From Candidatus Bathyarchaeota archaeon (GTDB taxonomy: Archaea; Thermoproteota; Bathyarchaeia; Bathyarchaeales; Bathycorpusculaceae): a stretch of DNA of 64,000 nt. Shown here piece after piece: positions 1 through 9,050 of this stretch. The notes under the pieces are model-generated. The model made no database searches. It saw only the letters and a program-made list of their open reading frames with translations, and was not told where the DNA came from. Made by a program: the position numbers and the translations under genes. The stretch covers positions 128,001-192,000 of the forward strand of contig CAVZPM010000001.1 of NCBI GenBank assembly GCA_963777155.1, written 5' to 3'. Positions within the stretch are counted from its first letter, which is position 1. Each line of letters starts with the position of its first letter.

Positions 1-160
1 TCCTTCTAAACATCGAAGATTAACAATAATCCTTTCTAATTTTGAGGTCCTACAGTACCCCAAAGGGACCTGGGCATTTTTTAATCTGAAAAAATGTTTG
101 ACTAATAAAAGGGAAAACCCTCTCAACTTTCTATTGAGAGATTGCTGAGAAACTTTTAGT

Positions 161-340
161 TTACTCGATTACCTGAATTGCACCTTCAGGACATTGTGCT
201 TCACATGCTCTGCAAACTAAGCATTCGCTTGATTTGCTGGGCACGGACTTGCCTTCTTTGATTTCGTAGACGCCTACAGGGCAAGTGTTGACACAAGTTT
301 CGCATCCAGTGCACTTAGGATCGACAACAATTTTTACCAT
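161..340 (-). CDS. 2[4Fe-4S] ferredoxin (59 aa, not in ORF track)
   Basis: Hand translation MVKIVVDPKCTGCETCVNTCPVGVYEIKEGKSVPSKSSECLVCRACEAQCPEGAIQVIE*; two CxxCxxCxxxCP motifs; GAGG upstream. Confidence 0.95.
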   Translation of the reverse strand: MVKIVVDPKCTGCETCVNTCPVGVYEIKEGKSVPSKSSECLVCRACEAQCPEGAIQVIE

Positions 341-405
341 TTTTGTCTACCTCTGGGTTATTTTATCTCAAAAGCTGATGGGTAAAATAAAAGGGTTTAG
401 GTGTT

Positions 406-2220
406 TTACCGTATTTTTTCACGTAACCTCAGTAGGATTCCATTGATAGCTGATTCAGCTTTGTCTCTTTGTTTCTGGTAGTCTCCGATGTCTCTCTTAT
501 ATGCCTCGATTGAAATTTCACCCGTGCTTTGGCGTGTATCCAAGCGCTTTATGTTTTCTTCTGCTTCAGACAAGTCTGCTTCCGCCAAGTTAAGTTGCTT
601 AACCAAGTCTGCGTAGATTCCCGTTGTACCCTTAAGTTTTTCTTTTGTCCTCACTATGCTTCTATCTATCCCTTCTAGGCGTGTTTCAACAGCGCTTCTT
701 TGGACTTTATACTGACGCCTTGGGATTTTTCCTTTCTGTGCCTTTGCGTCCATCGATTTTAGTTCAGCATTTAACTGTTTTTTATCTTCGTAGGCGTCTA
801 TGAATTCTTTTATGGTTTCAGTAGTCACAGCTCGTCCAACTTTGATTCCGACAGCTTTTTGTTGTGTTGGTGGCATTGACTCTTGCTCTTTAATGGATAA
901 GCGTTCGGTTTTTTCTGCGTAGGTTTCCTCTTTAGGTTTTCGTCTTCTAATAAAAAACACTGTTATGCAGGCAATCATTGCGAGCAAAGAAGCCCAAAAA
1001 GTCGGTCGCAATGATACCCATATTGGATTGTAGTTGTAGGCTATTTGGATAGTGTTCTGTTGGGATGCAAGATAATCTACATAGCTCAAACCTTCTTTGG
1101 TTAGAGTTAAAGTGTCTTGGTAGGTGTTTCTTGTCAAAGTTGATGAGGAATCCAAAGAAGCTGCCTGGGGGGTAACGATGGTTGCCCCTTCAGGCGGCGT
1201 GAAGGTTATAGTTGCTTGGTTGACGAAGTACGTAGTCTGTGGAAAAACCTTGAAATCTGAAAGCACATAGTTGGCGCCTTGAATGGTTGCGCTGGGCAAA
1301 TTGTATTGTGCCACCAAGACTGTTGATTGCCCGCTCGCTAGAAATGTCTCTAAAGTTGCGTTAGCTAACTTTATGTTACCGCTTGTTGAGGTGACTACGT
1401 TGGCGATTTGGGTACCAAACTGGTCATTTACGATTATGTTTGTTGCTTCAAGTGGTAACGTTAAAACGAATGCACTTAGAAGGGAGGTGGAATTATTGGT
1501 TAATCGGTAGCTGTCGGATGCAGTCACTTTACCTGTCGGATCGATAGTTATTTCTCGATTTAGGCTATTTATCGTGGTTAGTTTTAGGGTTCCAGCTGGA
1601 ACTTGAAAGGTTGCTGTTGCCAAAGCATTTGTGTAAGCTGGCAGGTTTGTTTTTGTGTATGTATAGTCATTAACGTTTCCGTCATCTTTGGCAACCGTTA
1701 TGCTTGTGGGCGTACCCGGGAAAATGATAGAGACGTCGCAGGTGCCAACATTCTGCGCCAAACTTGGGTAGGCTGGAAAATCAAGTTTGTAGCCGCTGGT
1801 GCCCAGCTCAGTTATGAGTTGATTGGACAAGACAAAGGCAACTGTGAAGACACTAGGCGAGTTGCCGTTGAAATCAACTGTTGCTCCATAGAATCCGCTT
1901 TGGTCGCCCAGCTGAACACCTAGATTCAACTGGTAAATATGAGTGTCATCGTATGCAATACCCTTCTGGACAGAAGCGCTGTACTTGTAGGGTAGTCCAA
2001 TCATGAAGCCGTCAGACACTTGACCGGAAACATGGATTGTTTCCAAGATAACTACGTGACCAGAATACATGATTTGCACTTGGTGGTCCACTTTATCGAT
2101 ACTGTAGCTGCTATTTTGGGCAGAAACAGTGCCATATGGTAAAAGAACTGGCAGGATAACGAGTAACGAGAAAGACACGATTAGGAGGGTTGCAGTTGTT
2201 CGTTTCACTGAATTCACCAA
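406..2220 (-). CDS. Ribophorin I (Ost1)-like type I membrane protein
   Basis: Signal peptide, beta-rich exodomain with LTTINSLNREITI, LPLEATNIIVNDQFG, QYNLPS and TPPEGA motifs, one TM helix, C-terminal helical bundle; motifs recalled from ribophorin I. Confidence 0.7.
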   Translation of the reverse strand: MVNSVKRTTATLLIVSFSLLVILPVLLPYGTVSAQNSSYSIDKVDHQVQIMYSGHVVILETIHVSGQVSDGFMIGLPYKYSASVQKGIAYDDTHIYQLNLGVQLGDQSGFYGATVDFNGNSPSVFTVAFVLSNQLITELGTSGYKLDFPAYPSLAQNVGTCDVSIIFPGTPTSITVAKDDGNVNDYTYTKTNLPAYTNALATATFQVPAGTLKLTTINSLNREITIDPTGKVTASDSYRLTNNSTSLLSAFVLTLPLEATNIIVNDQFGTQIANVVTSTSGNIKLANATLETFLASGQSTVLVAQYNLPSATIQGANYVLSDFKVFPQTTYFVNQATITFTPPEGATIVTPQAASLDSSSTLTRNTYQDTLTLTKEGLSYVDYLASQQNTIQIAYNYNPIWVSLRPTFWASLLAMIACITVFFIRRRKPKEETYAEKTERLSIKEQESMPPTQQKAVGIKVGRAVTTETIKEFIDAYEDKKQLNAELKSMDAKAQKGKIPRRQYKVQRSAVETRLEGIDRSIVRTKEKLKGTTGIYADLVKQLNLAEADLSEAEENIKRLDTRQSTGEISIEAYKRDIGDYQKQRDKAESAINGILLRLREKIR

Positions 2221-2391
2221 GCGTGAAGTTTCTTTAATGTTAGATCAGCCTGTTTATTTACTTTTACAGTAAACAGCGCTGTATTTAGGGCTTAAGACAA
2301 ACTAATTTTCTTCCCAAAACTTGGTGTAAAAAAGTCTCCTGTCCACTTATTTAAATGATCAATTCCAGGTTGAAAAACTAAAATTATTTGT

Positions 2392-2470
2392 TGGTAGCGG
2401 GGAGTAGATTTGAACTACTGATCTCTGGGTTATGAGCCCAGCGGGTTAATCCTGGCTACCCCACCCCGCT
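2392..2470 (-). tRNA. tRNA-iMet (CAT), initiator type, CCA encoded
   Basis: AGCGGGG...CTGGG CTCATAA CCCAG...AGTAG TTCAAAT CTACT CCCCGCT A CCA; A1-U72 pair and three G-C pairs in anticodon stem. Confidence 0.95.
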
Positions 2471-2578
2471 ACGGGGTTTGGCGATATTTTGGGATTGCAT
2501 CCTATTAGTTGAGGTGTCAAATATTAATAGTTTCTTTTCCCTTTTCACAAAAGGATTTTAGTATCGAACATTCTCTCT

Positions 2579-3265
2579 ATGGACGGATGGTTTGCTTTGG
2601 ATAAGCCTTACTTACGTAAACTCTCGGATCCACCGCTTGAAAACCCAATCTTCGTTCAGGGGCTTCCAGGCTTCGGAAACGTCGGTAGGATTGCCGCTCA
2701 CTTGCTCATAAAGTTCTTTGACGCCAAACCCTTTGCCGAGTTGTATTCTCCGACTTTTCCAGACTACATCGCCATAAACCCCAAAGGCATATGCCAACTG
2801 CCGCGTTACGAGTTCTTCTATGCACCGATGGAAAAGAATAACCTGATTATCATGACTGGTGAAATTCAACCCTCTTTTGACGATGTAGTCGCGCACTACA
2901 CGGTTTGTGATTCTGTGTTGGATTTCGTTGAAACCTTGGGCTGCAAATTTATTGTAACTATGGGTGGTGTACCTATAACCGAGGATAAGACTCAGGTTTA
3001 CATTGCCGCCACTTCACCGCGATTGGCAACAGAGTTCATGGAGAAAGGCGCGGTTATCTATAGTAAAGGCAGAATCGTTGGCGGAACAGGGCTCACACTC
3101 GCGTTGGCGAAGGAAAGAAAGATCGACGGAATCAGTTTACTTGGTACAACCATGGGTTTTAAGGCTGATAAGGGCGCTGGATTCTTGGTTTTCAAGTTTT
3201 TGATGAAGGCATTAGGAAAAGAGATAAAAGAAGGTTTAGTAGAAAACAATGCACCTGAAGAGTAG
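2579..3265 (+). CDS. PAC2 family proteasome assembly chaperone
   Basis: GLPGFGNVG motif, MGG, IVGGTG; start may be TTG at 2597. Confidence 0.85.
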   Translation: MDGWFALDKPYLRKLSDPPLENPIFVQGLPGFGNVGRIAAHLLIKFFDAKPFAELYSPTFPDYIAINPKGICQLPRYEFFYAPMEKNNLIIMTGEIQPSFDDVVAHYTVCDSVLDFVETLGCKFIVTMGGVPITEDKTQVYIAATSPRLATEFMEKGAVIYSKGRIVGGTGLTLALAKERKIDGISLLGTTMGFKADKGAGFLVFKFLMKALGKEIKEGLVENNAPEE

Positions 3266-3270
3266 GAAAG

Positions 3271-3513
3271 ATGGCGACAATGACTGAAGATAATGAGAAT
3301 ATACAAGTTAGTGGTTTAGATTCAAAATTCATGAAAGTAGCAATGACTGTTGTCGCGGTGTTCTTGATGTTTATTGGTCCAACCTACATTCCGTTCTTGC
3401 TGTCGGATGTCCTTAAGGCCGATTACATTGCTTCAATAGGAATTGGAGCTGTCTTGTTCGTACTTGGGTTTGTTGTACTGATTTACTTAATCAGGAAGAA
3501 AGTAATCCAGTAA
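3271..3513 (+). CDS. Small two-TM membrane protein
   Basis: 80 aa, two hydrophobic helices, directly follows PAC2 gene. Confidence 0.7.
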   Translation: MATMTEDNENIQVSGLDSKFMKVAMTVVAVFLMFIGPTYIPFLLSDVLKADYIASIGIGAVLFVLGFVVLIYLIRKKVIQ

Positions 3514-3518
3514 GGTTT

Positions 3519-3573
3519 GCCTCAGATACCCTAGGGTGCATCATCAAATCAGCTAATTAGGTTCTTCATCGGC
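3519..3573 (-). ncRNA. Box C/D sRNA (2'-O-methylation guide type)
   Basis: GCC-GATGAAGA (C)-ACCTAATTAG-CTGA (D')-TT-TGATGA (C')-TGCACCCTAGGGTAT-CTGA (D)-GGC with terminal GCC/GGC stem; TATA-like TTAATAAA about 25 nt upstream. Confidence 0.8.
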
Positions 3574-3670
3574 ACCCATAAGGACTTAACCCATTTTATT
3601 AAGCATTCTTTAGTTTCTAACAGAATCTTTCTGCGTTGATTTTTATATCCCGTTTGCTAAAGGGATAGCT

Positions 3671-3889
3671 ATGAAAAATTCCGAATGCACAATCTACATA
3701 ATGTTCAAGGACAGGTGGCTGCAGAAATTTAGAAAAGAAACAGACGGATGGAAAATGACCAGTCGAAACGGAACCGTTCGCCCTTGCACGGCAGAACAAT
3801 TCATTTCCCATCTTCTTCCGCCTTTAGCTGGAATAAAAGGACCAAACGTCACCGTCAAAGTGGAAGCCCACGCCCAAATCCAAGTTTAG
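3671..3889 (+). CDS. Hypothetical protein (72 aa)
   Basis: ATG ORF after TTTTATA box, ends abutting the convergent gene. Confidence 0.6.
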   Translation: MKNSECTIYIMFKDRWLQKFRKETDGWKMTSRNGTVRPCTAEQFISHLLPPLAGIKGPNVTVKVEAHAQIQV

Positions 3890-4374
3890 CGGTGTAGTTC
3901 TTTAATCAAAGCTTTTGCTTCCGGTGTTAGCTTGGGTTTGGTGCTGCGGCTAATAACCAAAAATAAAGACCCGATAAGAATCAGCGCTGCCCCAAAGAAT
4001 GCTACGCTTTCCTTTGGCAAAAACCCATAAGAGAGACCAAAGGTTATGAAAATCATTGCAACCCCCATAACAACCATTATCCAGTTGTTCATGGCGGCGG
4101 TTGACTGAAGAGCAAACTCTTTCTTTCCCGTGTCAGTTACAAGAAAATAACCCTGTTTCTCCTCAATCATTCCTGCGTTCATCAGGTAGTTCCAGTCATA
4201 GTGGAAATGCCCATCGGACTTGTAGCCCAACGCGGAGCTGATGTTGGATTTTACGCCTGGCTCAGCTTTGATTTTGCTGCTTGGGGCAGAATAGATAAAG
4301 TAAAGCAGTTTTGTCCTTGGCGACTGCAGGTCTGCGTTTATTCCACGGGACTTCGTCAAATTCAACCCTTGCAT
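3886..4374 (-). CDS. Winged-helix protein with two C-terminal TM helices (putative membrane-anchored regulator)
   Basis: YLMNAGMIEEKQGYFLVTDTGKK wing motif followed by two hydrophobic helices. Confidence 0.6.
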   Translation of the reverse strand: MQGLNLTKSRGINADLQSPRTKLLYFIYSAPSSKIKAEPGVKSNISSALGYKSDGHFHYDWNYLMNAGMIEEKQGYFLVTDTGKKEFALQSTAAMNNWIMVVMGVAMIFITFGLSYGFLPKESVAFFGAALILIGSLFLVISRSTKPKLTPEAKALIKELHR

Positions 4375-4452
4375 CTGATATTAGGGCGGTTAACATAAAA
4401 GCTTCGCCCTGCGTTTTTCATAGTTTTCGGCTAAAAAAGGCGTTTGCTTATG

Positions 4453-4469
4453 ACTCTAACCCTTAGAGT
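4453..4469. promoter_or_regulatory. Palindromic candidate operator ACTCTAA-CCC-TTAGAGT
   Basis: Perfect 7-bp inverted repeat in divergent intergenic region; extra CTCTAA half-site at 4475-4480. Confidence 0.5.
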
Positions 4470-4582
4470 TGCCGCTCTAAGTCTTTGAACTGCCTTGGAG
4501 GTTTTCTTCGAAATGTTAGGGCTATATCCCGAATCCGCCTTGTATGCAAATCAGGAAAATCAAAAAACATGGAGGAAAAAAA

Positions 4583-5257
4583 ATGAACGTAAACTTTCAA
4601 TATAGCAAAACTTTGGCAATAGAAGGCTCAGTCCTTCTTCTACTTGGCTTAATTCCAACAGTGGGTTGGGTACTAGGCATAGTCGGCATAGTCCTACTCT
4701 TTAGGGCAACAAAAGAACTATCATACTACTACCAAGATGAAAACATCCACCAGAACGCGTGGACTGGCCTCAAATACTACATCGTTGCATTAATCGCGGC
4801 AGCAGTAGCCATAGGTGTAGGCGTCGTTAGCTTCGCAACCACAGGGCTATTTGCAGGCGAGCCATTTGCATTCACAGCAGGCATCGTGGGCGGCATTGTT
4901 GCAATCCTTGCAGGGCTAGTAATCGCATTCGTATTCTACATACTTGCAGCAGTACATCTAAGAAAAGCATATGAGACGCTGGCACAGAAAACAGGCGAAT
5001 CATCCTTTACCACCGCAGGTACACTGCTCTTGATCGGTGCCATATTAACAATAGTCGGTGTCGGATTGGCGCTGATATTTGTCTCATGGATATTCGTCAT
5101 AATCGGCTTCTCCACAATGAAGCCCAAAGAGTATCAACCCTACAATGGACAAACAAACGGCTACGGATACACTGCTCCGCCAACACAGCCAGAGCAACCA
5201 AAGAGCATGGCAACCGACCCAAACAATTATAGCCAATCAGTAACGATAGCAAAGTGA
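4583..5257 (+). CDS. DUF996-like membrane protein
   Basis: GGAGG then ATG 4583; TM helices with F..AGTLLLIGAILTIVGVG pattern. Confidence 0.75.
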   Translation: MNVNFQYSKTLAIEGSVLLLLGLIPTVGWVLGIVGIVLLFRATKELSYYYQDENIHQNAWTGLKYYIVALIAAAVAIGVGVVSFATTGLFAGEPFAFTAGIVGGIVAILAGLVIAFVFYILAAVHLRKAYETLAQKTGESSFTTAGTLLLIGAILTIVGVGLALIFVSWIFVIIGFSTMKPKEYQPYNGQTNGYGYTAPPTQPEQPKSMATDPNNYSQSVTIAK

Positions 5258-5265
5258 GGGATTTG

Positions 5266-5826
5266 ATGACTGAGCAAACTGAAGTCGAAAGCTCTCAATG
5301 GGGCAAGTTCTTAAGAAAGCATTGGCCGGCGTTTGCTGCTTTTATAGCGGCCGCCATTTTGGCCGTTGCAGGTGCAGTCTACATCTTTGTCTGGTTCACA
5401 GCAGACGCTCAATCGACAGGTTTAGTCCCGGCAGCTCTTGGTATGTGGACAATGGGAAACGTAATAGCCTTTATCCTGCATGCCATCTTTTGGGAGCTTG
5501 TACTAATTGGAATTCCTGTAGCTATAGGTGCAGTCGCGGCTTGGCAGTGGTGGAAAAGAATACCTGAAGAAGAAAAGAAAAATCTTCATCGGAAACAATC
5601 ACGATCTCGCGATGCAGGAGGAGCAATCTCGCCATTGCTGTTCATCGCCTTCGCACTCAAAGTCTATGTTGACGGAAACTGGAATGTTGCAATCTCCACT
5701 TACAAATTAGACTATGTCGTGGGTTCAATGGTGACAATACTGCTATGGATAGTTGCCATCTTTGCAATTCCTGCAACAATAGGGCTCATCTGGTGGATAC
5801 ACCACGAGATGAATAAGAAACCCTAA
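5266..5826 (+). CDS. Hypothetical four-TM membrane protein
   Basis: Hydrophobic Trp-rich ORF co-oriented with upstream gene. Confidence 0.75.
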   Translation: MTEQTEVESSQWGKFLRKHWPAFAAFIAAAILAVAGAVYIFVWFTADAQSTGLVPAALGMWTMGNVIAFILHAIFWELVLIGIPVAIGAVAAWQWWKRIPEEEKKNLHRKQSRSRDAGGAISPLLFIAFALKVYVDGNWNVAISTYKLDYVVGSMVTILLWIVAIFAIPATIGLIWWIHHEMNKKP

Positions 5827-5954
5827 ACTCTCCTTTTTTTATTAACGCTTTGATCATTCTTGCCGCGCTTTCTATGGAAAACAAGGAACCTTGAGTTTGA
5901 ATATGCTTACTGAATACATAAGACATATTACATATTACGTGAAGAATAACCTCT

Positions 5955-6557
5955 ATGCCTGACAGTAAACGAAGCAGCTCCGAGGCGCCAAGAGAGAAAA
6001 ACGAAGAAGCAAAAAGAACAACTATTATCCTAGAGAAGAACGAACGTGAATTCATCGAGTCACTCATCAGGGAAGGCAAAGAACCCGGCATAAAACCGTT
6101 AATCTCAAAAATGCTCGACATCTACAAGAACATGATGATTTACGACTGGCATTTCCCCGGAGAATACTATTGCGGAATAAGCCGAACGGCCTTCGTAAAC
6201 GTCGAACTACTCAATATACTAACCCAGCAGATACCCAAAGAAAAATGGTCCTTTGTAGGCGAAAAGATGGGTGATGCTCTAAAAGTGTCCATACAGTCAA
6301 CGCTGGGAATCGATGCAAGCAAACAGGAGAATTGGGCGGCTGTCTTTAATCGGTTAAAAATCCAGGGCTTTGGTGACCTCTACCTCAAAGACAAATTCTT
6401 GCTACTGAAATCACCCTTCATTCATGATTGCGAGATTTGGAAAGGTATGATGGAGGGTTTGCTAAGTGTGGAGTTGGAGACGCGGAACTCGGTGCCTCCA
6501 ATGGTTTTTGAGATAAAAAAAGCACAAACCAAACCTCATTTAGAATCCGACAGTTAA
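5955..6557 (+). CDS. Ribbon-helix-helix plus V4R-like domain protein (putative regulator)
   Basis: KRTTIILE beta strand then helices; C-terminal GEKMG...QGFG pattern. Confidence 0.55.
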   Translation: MPDSKRSSSEAPREKNEEAKRTTIILEKNEREFIESLIREGKEPGIKPLISKMLDIYKNMMIYDWHFPGEYYCGISRTAFVNVELLNILTQQIPKEKWSFVGEKMGDALKVSIQSTLGIDASKQENWAAVFNRLKIQGFGDLYLKDKFLLLKSPFIHDCEIWKGMMEGLLSVELETRNSVPPMVFEIKKAQTKPHLESDS

Positions 6558-6602
6558 ATATTGGGAAACAGATTTATTAGGAAGACAGATGTTCAGGTGT
6601 CT

Positions 6603-6766
6603 TCCAGTGGTATATGATGAGGGATTGCGTTCATACAAGGCGATTGCCTTCATTGAAAGCGTAATAACAGTTGGCTATTTGAAATTAGGCGCAACCCCCC
6701 GAAGACCAGTTTTGTGCAAACAAAATCCCCTTAGATACCTCTCTAAAAATTTAGGAGAAAAAAATT
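6603..6766 (+). promoter_or_regulatory. Structured 5' leader of his operon with 16-codon uORF (6614-6664)
   Basis: TTTATTA box 6573-6579; several stems incl. AAGGC-GATT-GCCTT and GTTTTGT-GCAA-ACAAAAT; uORF MMRDCVHTRRLPSLKA. Confidence 0.4.
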
Positions 6767-7769
6767 ATGGATAAAATAAAATTTGCAATCCCAAAAGGCT
6801 CCTTAGAAAAAGCAACTGCGGAGTTCTTTTCTAAATCAGGCTTTAAAATTGGCGGAACAGAACGCACATACCGCCCAACAATAAATGACCCCCAAATCGA
6901 AATGAAAGTTCTAAGACCCCAAGAAATCCCAGTTTTCGTCAATGAAGGTCTTCAAGATCTCGGCATCACAGGTGAAGACTGGGTTAAAGAAAACAAAGCA
7001 GACGTCGAAATCCTACAGAACCTCGAATATGGAAAAATCAAATTGGTTATCGCGGTTCCAAAAAGCGTTCCAGAAAAAAGTACCGTGGGTGAGTTCATGG
7101 AGTCGATTTGGAGTCAGGGTAAAAACTTCCGCATCAGCACAGAGTACCTAAACATTGCTTCTGAATACCTCAAGAACACACCTCAGTACAAGAAGCGGTT
7201 TGGTAGCACCGATCCTATGATTGTGACTCCGTGGTGGAGAAAAGGCGACAACGCAAGAGCCAAAATTTTTCTGTCGTTTGGTGCAACTGAAGCTAAACCG
7301 CCAGAAGACTCTGACTGCATAATGGACGTGACCGAAACAGGCACGACAATTGAAGCCAACAACCTGCGAATCATAGAAACCGTCCTGAAGTCGTCAGCTA
7401 TACTTATTGCCAACAAGAAAAGCCTCGAAGACCCAGAAAAACGCGAGAAAATCTACGACATAGTCGCTCTACTTAAAGGGCGTTGTAGACGGTTCAAAGA
7501 GAATCCACATATTTGTAAACGTAAAAAAAGCGAACCTTCAACGATTGTTAACTGAATTACCTGCCCTAAAGAACCCGACAATAGCACCGTTAGCCGATGA
7601 TACATGGGTTAGCGTAAACACCGTCATCGAAAAAGACTGCTTAATCGAACTTCTGCCCAAGATACGCAAACTAGCCCAAGGCTTAGTCGTTTATGAGCCG
7701 CGACAAGTGTTGGCTCTCGACGAGATAGCACGGAGAAAAGAAGGTCAATGCGCAAAGGATTCACAATAA
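6767..7769 (+). CDS. hisG: ATP phosphoribosyltransferase, long form (one extra base at ~7478-7480)
   Basis: AIPKGSL, RPQEIP, DLGITGED, GATE, DVTETGTT; C-terminal LPALKNPTIAPL domain in +1 frame. Confidence 0.93.
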
Positions 7770-9050
7770 AAGTCTCCAACTCAAAAGAGCTATCTGCCGA
7801 CTGGTTTATGAGGCAACAGGCCGACCAAAAAGCCACTCTGGAACTCGAAAACAACGTTAAAGAAATAATAAACCAGGTAAAAACATTTGGTGATGAGGCA
7901 CTGGTTGAATACGCCCTCAAATTTGACAAAGCCGAACTATCCTCAAGAGCACTCAGAGTCAAACCCGCAGAAATCAAAGAAGCCTACACGAAAACCAACC
8001 CCCATCAAATCTCTGCCCTAAAATTCATGAAGGAAAAAGTAAGCGCCTTCCAGAAACAACTCCTCACTCAAACCGAAATAAAAACAACAAATGACGGAAT
8101 ATCTGTTCAGACTGTTCTGCGTCCAATCGAAAGTGTCGGATGCTACGTCCCAGGCGGACAAGCAGCTTATCCAAGTACACTGGTCATGACGGCGGTTCCA
8201 GCCAGAGTCGCAGGCGTTCCGCGAATTGTCGTTTGTTCGCCTTCGGACGCTAAAGGCAAAGTCAATCCATTGGTTCTTGTAGCCGCTGATATCTGTAACG
8301 TTAATGAAGTCTTCAAGATAGGTGGTGCTCAAGCCATAGCCGCGTTGGCTTATGGAACAAAAACCATAGCAGCCCGTCCGCAAAATCGTTGGTCCCGGCA
8401 ACAAATATGTGACGACTGCTAAGGTATTGGTTTCTACTGATGTTGCAATTGATATGCCTGCAGGTCCAAGTGAAGTGCTCGTTTTGGCAGATGAATCAGC
8501 CGATGCAAGGTTAATCGCTTATGACATGATTTCGCAGGCTGAGCATGGCGGCGACAGCGTGGCTGGATTGATTACAACTTCAGAGAAGCTTGCCAAAACA
8601 GTCGAGGAGAATCTTGCAAAGCTTGCTGCTTCAACGGAACGAAGCGAAAAAATCTCTGAATCACTATCGAGGTATGGTTTCATAATAGTGTGCGGTGACG
8701 TCGAAGAAATGGTCAATCTTTCTAACCAGTTTGCTCCTGAACACTTAGAAGTCATGACTGCCAATCCCAAAGAGTTAGCCGAAAAACTCGTTGCAGGCTT
8801 AATCCTCATCGGACCCTACAGCCCCGTTGCCCTAAGCGACTACGGAAGCGGAACCAACCATGTCCTACCCACAGGCGGCTTTGCTCAATCGTTTTCAGGC
8901 TTATCAGCTTTTGACTTTGTGCGACGGGTGAGCATAGTTGAAAGTAACCGAACAGGCTTAGAAAGAGTAAAGGATAGCATCAAAGTAATGACTGAGGCAG
9001 AGATGCTTCCAAACCACTCCAAAGCAATACAGGCAAGGTTTGAAAAATGA
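7748..9050 (+). CDS. hisD: Histidinol dehydrogenase (one extra base at ~8370-8375)
   Basis: VGCYVPGG, GGAQAIAALAYGT, then KIVGPGN, DMPAGPSE, SQAEH, APEHL, GTNHVLPT in next frame. Confidence 0.93.

Noticed and set aside
7478-8375. Programmed frameshifting in hisG and hisD
   Set aside because: No shared slippery motif; same one-base excess occurs in many unrelated genes
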